Shown here piece after piece: positions 56,208-64,000 of a stretch of DNA of 64,000 bases (position 1 is the stretch's first letter; the number at the start of each line of letters is the position of its first letter). This DNA is from the human T2T-CHM13v2.0 reference genome, Homo sapiens: the NCBI RefSeq assembly GCF_009914755.1, contig NC_060931.1; one strand, given 5' to 3'. Made by a program: the position numbers and the translations under genes. The notes under the pieces were generated by a model. That model was not told where the DNA came from. It ran no database searches and saw nothing but the letters and a program-made list of their open reading frames with translations.

Positions 56208-56754
56208 GTAGCCTCTGCTCTGCACTCTTGAGGCAGTCTCAGGCCTCCTGTCACTGCTCCTCCTCCACACTACCCTATGGCTTTGGAGTCCAAACACTCT
56301 TCCCCAGCCTCCTACACCTAAGCACACTGCCTCAACTTCCCCGGCCCTCTCATCTCTGAAGCAGACATACAGAGTCCTGAGGAGATGTTCCGAGGCATCT
56401 TCTGCCCCGTCCTGGGGTCAGATACAAGTCATGCAGCTATGAGAGCTTGAAAGGCCTTAAGGCATGACCAGACCGGGCAGGCCACTCAGCAGGGTCCCTC
56501 CAACCCTCCCCAACCAGCTCCTGGCTTGCCATCTAGCTCCTCCCACACACTGATCATGAGGGTGAGGGACTGGAAAATCTGTGTGCCAAGGGTAGTCCTT
56601 GGGCCGCAGGGGTAGGGAGCTCAGGTGGACACTCTAGTTGTCCCCAGCAGCCCATCCTGACATGGGACTTTCTACTTCCCATCCAAGCTCCTTCCCTTAT
56701 CGCAGCCCTATCCTTCCACGTGCCCCACCCCCACCATCAGACCCCCTGTTCCAG

Positions 56755-56930
56755 GAGCTGTGCTGGTCAATGGGCAGGATGTGGGCTTGCCCTGGATTGG
56801 CGCTGAGGGCCTCAGTGTGCGCCGAGCTTCCTCTGCCTTTCTGCTGCTGCGCTGGCCTGGGGCCCAGGTGCTCTGGGGACTGTCTGACCCTGTAGCCTAC
56901 ATCACCCTGGACCCCCGCCATGCCCACCAG
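56755..56930 (+). pseudogene. SSPOP: SSPO exon 14 (GAVLVNG...PRHAHQ)
   Basis: AG/GT boundaries, 176 nt. Confidence 0.9.
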
Positions 56931-57014
56931 GTGTGCCAGTGAGGCGGCTGTGTGGGGGAGCAAGGGTGCGGTGGGACTGCATTCAGCTGTCTTACATGCG
57001 TGCTTGTGGCCCAG

Positions 57015-57242
57015 GTGCAGGGTCTGTGTGGCACCTTCACCCAGAACCAGCAGGACGACTTCCTGACACCAGCCGGAGATGTGGAAACTAGCATTGCTGC
57101 CTTTGCTAGCAAGTTCCAGGTGGCCGGCAAGGGAAGATGCCCCTCTGAGGACAGTGCCCTGCTGTCTCCCTGCACCACCCACTCCCAGCGCCACGCCTTC
57201 GCAGAGGCGGCCTGTGCCATCCTGCACAGCTCTGTCTTCCAG
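57015..57242 (+). pseudogene. SSPOP: SSPO exon 15 (VQGLCGTF...SSVFQ)
   Basis: AG/GT boundaries, 228 nt. Confidence 0.9.
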
Positions 57243-57418
57243 GTAGCTGGGTTGGGCTCCTCCCACATCTGTAAGATGGGCCGACACCTGCCCTGCCCTC
57301 CACCTGGGCTCTTGGGAGGATCAAGGGAGACCAGACAAGCCCAGAGGTGGTATTGGGGACCAAGGGGACGTAGACTCCGTGGAGGAGAAGTTGACCCATT
57401 TCCCCATCTCCTCCCAAG

Positions 57419-57584
57419 GAATGCCACAGGCTGGTGGACAAAGAGCCATTCTATCTGCGCTGCCTGGCAGCCGTGTGTGGCTGTGATCCCGGCAGTGACT
57501 GCCTGTGCCCGGTGCTGTCTGCCTATGCGCGTCGCTGTGCCCAGGAAGGTGCCTCACCTCCCTGGAGGAACCAGACCCTCTGCC
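57419..57584 (+). pseudogene. SSPOP: SSPO exon 16 (C8, ECHRLVD...WRNQTLC)
   Basis: AG/GT boundaries, 166 nt. Confidence 0.9.
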
Positions 57585-57807
57585 GTAAGTTTGCTCAGCC
57601 CAGCCAACCCCACCCAGGCTCCTCCCCTCCTCCCTAGCCCATCCCCCTTCCAGGAATGGCTAGGGGCCCAGGGTGCATCTCTACCCTTGGCAGACTGCCG
57701 GGCTTTTCTTCCTGCAAAGGCACGGGGGTGTGGGCTGTGGGGTTCCGAGGGGGTGGAGAGAGCCAGTGGTGGCTATGCCCCTGACCTGTGTGTGTCCCTG
57801 TGCCCAG

Positions 57808-58042
57808 CTGTTATGTGTCCTGGTGGCCAGGAGTACCGAGAGTGTGCCCCAGCATGCGGTCAACACTGCGGGAAACCAGAGGACTGTGGAGAGCTGGGCA
57901 GCTGTGTGGCTGGTTGTAACTGTCCTCTGGGGCTGCTGTGGGACCCTGAGGGCCAGTGTGTGCCCCCCAGCTTGTGCCCCTGCCAGCTCGGAGCCCGTCG
58001 CTATGCCCCTGGCAGTGCCACCATGAAGGAGTGCAACCGCTG
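57808..58042 (+). pseudogene. SSPOP: SSPO exon 17 (TIL, ...MKECNRC)
   Basis: AG/GT boundaries, 235 nt. Confidence 0.9.
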
Positions 58043-58189
58043 GTGAGGGCAGCGACCTTTGGGGCAAGAGGAAGAATGTGGGGGTGAAGAGGTAGCTTGG
58101 GAGATAACGGGTGGGGTGCAGCCTTGTTGGTTGCAGCGTGCATGCTGGGGGTGACAGAGTGCTGATCACTTCCCCTCGGTCGTGGGGCA

Positions 58190-58400
58190 CTTTAGGGTCC
58201 ATAAAGCACTTTCGTGTGCATCATTTTATCTAGTTTTACTTTCCTATCATAACCTCATAAAGTAAGAAGTGGAAAAATTGTTCCCATTTTGCAGATGAGG
58301 AAACTGAGGCTCAGATAGGCTAAACAGCTTGCAGGGTCACACAGCTTGTTCACGAGAAGTGAAGTGAAGGCGGATTATGGATCTGCAGGCTTCAATGCAA
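58190..58400. mobile_element. MIR SINE fragment
   Basis: MIR core CCCATTTTGCAGATGAGGAAACTGAGGCTCAGA...GGTCACACAGCT. Confidence 0.75.
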
Positions 58401-58734
58401 TCCCTCTCCTACCTGGGCTGGGAGTAGGGTGGTTCAATATCTCTGTCCTGCTCCAGAGCCTGGAGGATGGACCTATTGGAGCCGGGACAGAAAGGGTGAC
58501 AATGTCTATCCCAGGCATGTCAGGGTGCTGGAAACAGCCCAACTCCCTGTGCTGATGACTGAGTGTTGGGAGCTGAGATGCTCAGGTCTCCAGCATCAGG
58601 GCTGGGTTTTCACTCAACGTGATGGGATCTGGACACCTGGGTACCCAGTGTCTGGGTTCCTGAGATTCTCACCAGGTCAGACCAGGTTCCTGGAAGCTCG
58701 GACTTGCCTCTTACTCCTTCTCAACCTCCTGCAG

Positions 58735-58923
58735 CATCTGCCAGGAAAGGGGCCTCTGGAATTGCACGGCTCGCCACTGCCCTTCACAGGGGCATTCTGC
58801 CCCAGGGAGCTTGTCTATGCCCCTGGTGCCTGTCTCCTCACCTGTGACAGCCCCAGCGCCAATCACTCCTGCCCTGCAGGCAGTACTGATGGCTGTGTCT
58901 GTCCACCAGGCACGGTGCTGCTG
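58735..58923 (+). pseudogene. SSPOP: SSPO exon 18, carries a 1-nt frameshift
   Basis: 189 nt where phase 2-0 requires 3n+1; [18 protein letters not shown] and AFCPRELVY...GTVLL are in different frames. Confidence 0.9.
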
Positions 58924-59037
58924 GTGAGTCCAAGAAGGAGCTGCGTGGGGGAACAGGATGGCCTTCCTTAAGCCAGGGCACTGCCCTGCTCCCCTCGCAC
59001 CCCTACATGGTGCCCTTTGTCCCTGCCCTCTGCCCAG

Positions 59038-59132
59038 GACGAGCGCTGTGTGCCTCCTGACCTCTGTCCCTGCCGTCACAGTGGGCAGTGGTACCTGCCC
59101 AACGCCACCATCCAGGAAGACTGCAACGTTTG
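59038..59132 (+). pseudogene. SSPOP: SSPO exon 19 ([12 protein letters not shown]...EDCNVC)
   Basis: AG/GT boundaries, 95 nt. Confidence 0.9.
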
Positions 59133-59390
59133 GTATGCCCAGCTGCCGTGACCTCTAACCCTTTGACCTTGTGGCCCATGGCTCCCCACACATCATCCTT
59201 CCCTCCACCAGAAGGGGTCGGGGTGGTGGGGGCTGGGGTATCCAGACTGGCCTGGGCCAAGGGAACCCTGCAGGACCCCACCACGCTGAGGGCTGCTGAG
59301 ATTGCCTGGAACCTGGACCAGCTGCCTTCCCTGGATCCAGCCCCCAGGGCCCTATCCTCGGTGACTCTGTTTCCCCCACCTTGCCCATAG

Positions 59391-59647
59391 CGTGTGCCGG
59401 GGCCGGCAGTGGCACTGCACAGGCCAGCGGCGCAGTGGGCGGTGCCAGGCATCAGGCGCCCCCCACTATGTGACATTTGACGGACTGGCCTTCACCTATC
59501 CTGGGGCCTGCGAGTATCTGCTGGTGCGAGAGGCCAGTGGCCTATTCACAGTCTCTGCCCAGAACCTGCCCTGTGGGGCCAGTGGTCTCACCTGCACCAA
59601 AGCGCTGGCCGTGCGTCTGGAGGGCACTGTTGTGCACATGCTCAGAG
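59391..59647 (+). pseudogene. SSPOP: SSPO exon 20 (VWD3 start, HYVTFDG)
   Basis: AG/GT boundaries (weak donor gtggct), 257 nt. Confidence 0.88.
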
Positions 59648-59995
59648 GTGGCTGCAACATTGAAGGGTGACATTGCCAGGGAGGGGCACACCTGTATGGC
59701 TTCCCAGCTGTGCAAGGTGGGAGGGGGCGGGGTTCCCTGTGTCTGCTCACTGCTGGCCAGCTCCTTACTGGGCTTGGCTGCCCTCCATGCCATGGGGTTG
59801 GTGCCTCTCCTCTTGGTTGGGACTCAATACCAGAAGCCTCCCAGAAATTAAGTCCCAGAGAAGTCTAATGACGTGCCCAAGGTCACACAGGTAGAGAAGC
59901 AAAAGAAGGGCTGGACAGGGGAGCTAGAGAGCCTCATGAGGATCTGGAGGACCCTTTCCTCCAGGCTGGGCCTGAATGCCTTTCTTCCTCTACAG

Positions 59996-60130
59996 GCCGG
60001 GCAGTGACGGTGAATGGGGTGAGCGTGACGCCCCCCAAGGTCTACACAGGCCCTGGGCTGAGCCTGCGTCGTGCTGGCCTCTTCCTGCTGCTCTCGACCC
60101 ACCTGGGCCTCACCCTGCTCTGGGATGGAG
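59996..60130 (+). pseudogene. SSPOP: SSPO exon 21 (GRAVTVNG...LLWDG), donor lost
   Basis: tacag|GC acceptor; exon ends GGAG|atcagg instead of GT. Confidence 0.85.
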
Positions 60131-60436
60131 ATCAGGCCCCTGCCCTCCCTCAACCATTGGACCTGTGCCCCGCCTTAGCACCATAGGGTTGAACTCACCC
60201 CAACTTCTTTCTCCCAACGCCTGACCCTCCCTCCTCCTGGTCTCCCTCCACTGAGCCCCTGACACCTCCACAGGGCAGATTTCCAGGCTGAGAGCTAAGC
60301 TGACAGCCAGGCTAGGACCCTGAGCTCTCACCTTACTTCCCTGCCTGGCTGGCACTTGCCCTGCCCCATGCCCAACCCAGTGCCACCCCTACCTCCCAGT
60401 CCATGCAAGAGGTCCGAGTTTCCAAATTAGGTTTTT

Positions 60437-60716
60437 GGCCAGGTGCAGTGGCTCACAACTGTAATCCCAGCACTTTGGGAGGCTGAGGCGAGCAGATCCC
60501 TTGAGCCCAGGGCTTTGAGACTAGCCTGGGTTGAACATGGCAAGACTCCCTGTCTACAAAAAATACAAAAATTAGCTGGGCACGGTGGTGCGCATCTGAA
60601 ATCTCAGCTACCTGGGAGCTAAGATGGGAAGATTGCTTGAGCCTGGGACGTCAAGGCTGCAGTGAGCTGTGATCACCCCACTGCACTCTGCCTGGGCAAT
60701 AGAGCGAGAAAAAAAT
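60437..60716 (+). mobile_element. Alu (AluJ-like) with TSD AAATTAGGTTTT
   Basis: Alu dimer; TSD at 60424-60435 and 60724-60735. Confidence 0.9.
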
Positions 60717-61275
60717 TTTTTTTAAATTAGGTTTTCATAATTATCTTTTTCATCATTATGAAAGCAATCCTTCCACACCAAGGGAAACATTGAGAAAATA
60801 CCAAGTTTTAGAAAGGCGAAATGAAAATAAATCTCCTAACTTCCCATCACCCATATAAGCAGTTGGATTATATGTTATATCTAACTGCTTCTGTGGAACT
60901 GAGGGAAACCCAGATAACCCCCATATGGACTTGGCTCTGAGCCGCTGGGCCACCCTCCCAGCCTGCCGCCACCGAGGCTGGTGCTGCTGGGCCTCACAGT
61001 CCATCCTGGAGTCTGGTTTCCCGGAATCTGACCTGATGGAGAATTTCTCTCCCCCTCAGCCCTTGGCTTGGTGTTAGTTAGGAAAATAGGCTCCTAATTC
61101 CTACCTTGAGCCCCCTAAATATAGGTCTCTTCATTTATCATCACCAATCATCCCCCCACAAAAGAGGTAACCATACCCCCTGGTGGGGGTGGCACCTGGT
61201 GGTGGTAAAACAGACCCTGGGTCTTCTGGCCCAGATAAGGGCTGGTGAGGTCACTTTTAACCATGCTGCCACCAG

Positions 61276-61472
61276 GGACTCGGGTCCTGGTGCAACTGTC
61301 CCCTCAGTTCCGTGGTCGCGTGGCTGGGCTGTGTGGTGACTTTGATGGAGATGCCAGTAATGATCTGCGGAGCCGCCAGGGCGTCCTGGAGCCCACAGCT
61401 GAACTGGCCGCCCACTCCTGGCGCCTCAGCCCCCTCTGCCCTGAGCCAGGAGACCTGCCACACCCCTGCACG
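61276..61472 (+). pseudogene. SSPOP: SSPO exon 22 (GTRVLVQL...GLCGDFDG...HPCT)
   Basis: AG/GT boundaries, 197 nt. Confidence 0.9.
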
Positions 61473-61573
61473 GTGAGTGCAGGCGGGAAAGCAGGAAGGG
61501 AGGTTCCCAGAGGCAGGGCTGGGGAGGGTGTCCGCTGGTCCACTGTGCTGGAGACGCCACCCTGTGCCTGCAG

Positions 61574-61701
61574 ATGAACACACACCGGGCTGGTTGGGCT
61601 CGGGCCCGCTGTGGGGCGCTGCTGCAGCCGCTCTTCACATTATGCCACGCGGAGGTCCCCCCGCAGCAGCACTATGAGTGGTGCCTGTATGACGCCTGCG
61701 G
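61574..61701 (+). pseudogene. SSPOP: SSPO exon 23 (C8, ...WCLYDACG)
   Basis: AG/GT boundaries, 128 nt. Confidence 0.9.
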
Positions 61702-61768
61702 GTAAGGAGGGGCCAACCTGGAGTGGGGTAGAGGTGGGGGTGCCGGGACTGAATGCTTCCTCCCACAG

Positions 61769-61878
61769 CTGCGACTCGGGGGGTGACTGTGAGTGCCTCT
61801 GCTCGGCCATTGCCACCTATGCAGATGAGTGTGCCCGGCATGGGCACCACGTGCGCTGGCGTAGCCAGGAGCTCTGCT
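61769..61878 (+). pseudogene. SSPOP: SSPO exon 24 (CDSGGDCECLC...WRSQELC)
   Basis: AG/GT boundaries, 110 nt; GGDCECLC motif of VWF/mucin D3. Confidence 0.9.
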
Positions 61879-62227
61879 GTGAGTGTGCCCCGCCCTCAGT
61901 CCCCAATGCTAAATCCTGCCACTGCCACAGGCTCAGCTTCTTGAAAGAGCTTCTCCTGTCCCACAAGACGGCCGTTCATTCATTCAAGGGCAAGCTGTGC
62001 ATCGAGTGCTTACTCTGTGCCAGACACTTTTCTAGATAAGCCATATATGCAAGAACGGCTGCCGAGTAGAGCTGACATGGTACACGTCGGCCCGGGGGGT
62101 CTTGCCCAAGGTCTACACCAGACACCCTGTGCCCTCCATGGTGGTCACCTTGGCCAGCCAGCCTGGTGTGGTTGCATCCTTTTGCCCTTGTGCCTCAGTG
62201 ATCCAAGGCTCTCTCCTCTCCACCCAG

Positions 62228-62377
62228 CCCTGCAGTGTGAAGGGGGACAGGTATATGAGGCCTGTGGCCCCACATGTCCCCCCACCTGCCATGAGCAGCA
62301 TCCTGAGCCCGGGTGGCACTGCCAGGTGGTGGCCTGTGTGGAGGGCTGCTTCTGCCCCGAGGGGACTCTGCTGCACG
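62228..62377 (+). pseudogene. SSPOP: SSPO exon 25 (TIL, ...[10 protein letters not shown])
   Basis: AG/GT boundaries, 150 nt. Confidence 0.9.
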
Positions 62378-62473
62378 GTGTGTAGAGTGACAAAGGGCAG
62401 AGGGGAGGGGCACTGAGACTGGGAAGGGGCCACTGTGCCCTTTTGCTCTGAGCCCTGCACTCTGTGACCTCAG

Positions 62474-62567
62474 GAGGAGCCTGCTTGGAGCCAGCTTCCT
62501 GCCCCTGTGAGTGGGGCCGCAACTCCTTCCCGCCGGGGTCTGTGCTGCAAAAGGACTGCGGGAACTG
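62474..62567 (+). pseudogene. SSPOP: SSPO exon 26 ([12 protein letters not shown]...KDCGNC)
   Basis: AG/GT boundaries, 94 nt. Confidence 0.9.
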
Positions 62568-62658
62568 GTGAGTGGGGAGGTCATCTTGGGGGGGACCTAT
62601 TGAAGGAGCACTGGGCCAAGCCCAGCCTGTGGCTGATCCCAGGACGCTGTGTGCTCAG

Positions 62659-62828
62659 CACGTGCCAGGAAGGTCAATGGCATTGTGGGGGTGACGGTGG
62701 CCACTGTGAGGAGCTTGTGCCTGCCTGTGCAGAGGGAGAGGCCCTGTGCCAAGAGAATGGGCACTGTGTGCCCCATGGGTGGCTTTGTGACAACCAGGAC
62801 GACTGTGGCGATGGCTCTGATGAGGAGG
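62659..62828 (+). pseudogene. SSPOP: SSPO exon 27 (LDLa repeat 1)
   Basis: AG/GT boundaries, 170 nt, [13 protein letters not shown]. Confidence 0.9.
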
Positions 62829-63071
62829 GTGAGTGTCTTTGCCCATGCGTGGAAGCGACAGGGTTGGTCAGTCCTTGCACATGTAACTGAATTTCCTGGA
62901 GCCAAGGCAGCTGTCCTGGAGTGGCTTCTTTAGCTGCTGCTCCCATTGCCAGGGGCTGCCTGTGGCCTGGAGGGATGAGGGGAAGGGAGGGTGTTCTGGT
63001 CCCTCTGGGGTTCAGGGCTTCTCTGGGCCCCTACAGCAGCGTCCTGAGCCTGCCTGTTTGCCCCATGCTAG

Positions 63072-63305
63072 GTTGTGCCGCCCCAGGCTGTGGGGAGGGG
63101 CAGATGACTTGCAGCTCCGGCCACTGCCTGCCCCTGGCCCTGCTCTGTGACCGCCAGGATGACTGTGGAGATGGCACGGATGAGCCGAGCTATCCGTGCC
63201 CCCAGGGCTTGCTGGCCTGTGCCGATGGACGCTGCCTGCCGCCGGCCCTGCTCTGCGATGGGCATCCTGACTGTCTGGATGCCGCCGACGAGGAGTCCTG
63301 TCTGG
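63072..63305 (+). pseudogene. SSPOP: SSPO exon 28 (LDLa repeats 2-3)
   Basis: AG/GT boundaries, 234 nt. Confidence 0.9.
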
Positions 63306-63507
63306 GTGAGTTGTCCCTGCCCTGGACGCCAGCCCACCCAGCACTCCCTCCCGCAAGGCCCATCTCCTCAAGAGCCCCGACTTCACCTCCCCCCTCCTTT
63401 GCCAGGTTCCTGCTATGAAGTTGGTCCTGAGGGTGTGGGAGTTGGGGCACCCCAAACAGTAAGAGTACAGGGCAGTGCCCCAGAGCCAGTTCTTCTTTTC
63501 TGTGCAG

Positions 63508-63729
63508 GGCAGGTGACCTGCGTCCCCGGGGAGGTGTCCTGTGTTGATGGCACCTGCCTGGGGGCCATCCAGCTGTGTGACGGAGTCTGGGACTGCCCAG
63601 ATGGAGCCGATGAGGGGCCGGGACACTGCCCCCTACCTTCTCTGCCCACACCTCCTGCCAGCACCTTGCCTGGCCCCTCCCCAGGCTCCCTGGACACTGC
63701 GTCAAGTCCCCTGGCCAGCGCCAGCCCTG
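63508..63729 (+). pseudogene. SSPOP: SSPO exon 29 (LDLa repeat 4 and Pro/Ser/Thr linker)
   Basis: AG/GT boundaries, 222 nt. Confidence 0.9.
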
Positions 63730-64000
63730 GTGAGTCTCCTGGAGGGAAGAGGTGGGAAAGCTGGTGGCCAGAAGCCTGGGGGAGAGGGGCATGGAAGCCT
63801 CAGAGAGAGGCATTTGTGGCGCTGCTCTGGGATGGGAAGGAGCAGGGCGCAGTGGGAGACACCCGAAGACGCTGGAATGAATGAAGTGGAGGGCGTTTGA
63901 AAGAGTCTACACTCTTTCCTGGCGTTCAAGGCCTCCCTCCCAGCTGCAGGGAGTCTCATGGAAATTCTTGGCCCAGGGGAGAGCTTTGGGAAAACCAACC

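Larger units (their letters stand above)
49942..64000 (+). pseudogene. SSPOP: SCO-spondin (SSPO/SSPOP), 5' portion: signal peptide, EMI, three VWD-C8-TIL assemblies, first four LDL-receptor class A repeats; continues beyond the window
   Basis: 29 phase-consistent exons traced (numbered here from the ATG exon); motifs [33 protein letters not shown]; disabling lesions at ~58790 (frameshift) and 60131 (donor loss). Confidence 0.95.

Noticed and set aside
56952-58046. 364-aa ORF as a separate gene
   Set aside because: Read-through of SSPO exons 15 and 17 with intervening introns in GC-rich DNA
58780-58792. Internal AG (ccttcacag) in SSPO exon 18 as a frameshift-rescuing acceptor
   Set aside because: Splicing exon 17 (phase 2) to 58790 gives TGG GGC ATT, still out of frame

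Overview
Human-type genomic DNA that I recognise as the 7q36.1 KRBA1 - ZNF467 - SSPO(P) locus. Positions 1-8.5 kb hold the last six coding exons and 3' UTR of KRBA1 (+). Positions 8.5-38 kb are a repeat-rich intergenic interval (Alus, L1 relics, THE1/MLT1/MLT2 LTRs) that also contains a ~2 kb minus-strand segment resembling a decayed coding exon, a consensus CTCF site and a phased cluster of PAR/C-EBP bZIP sites. Positions 38.1-47.2 kb hold the complete ZNF467 gene (-; 595 aa, 12 C2H2 fingers), whose first coding exons look like a fossil KRAB-A/B pair. A CpG island with a sharp C-rich/G-rich strand switch separates it from the head-to-head SCO-spondin gene. From 49.9 kb to the window end I traced 29 SSPO exons by hand. 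The frame is open for ~923 codons, then shows a 1-nt frameshift (~58790), a GT>AT splice-donor loss (60131) and two lost structural cysteines, consistent with pseudogene status. Gene identities come from recognition of the translated sequence; no database search was run.
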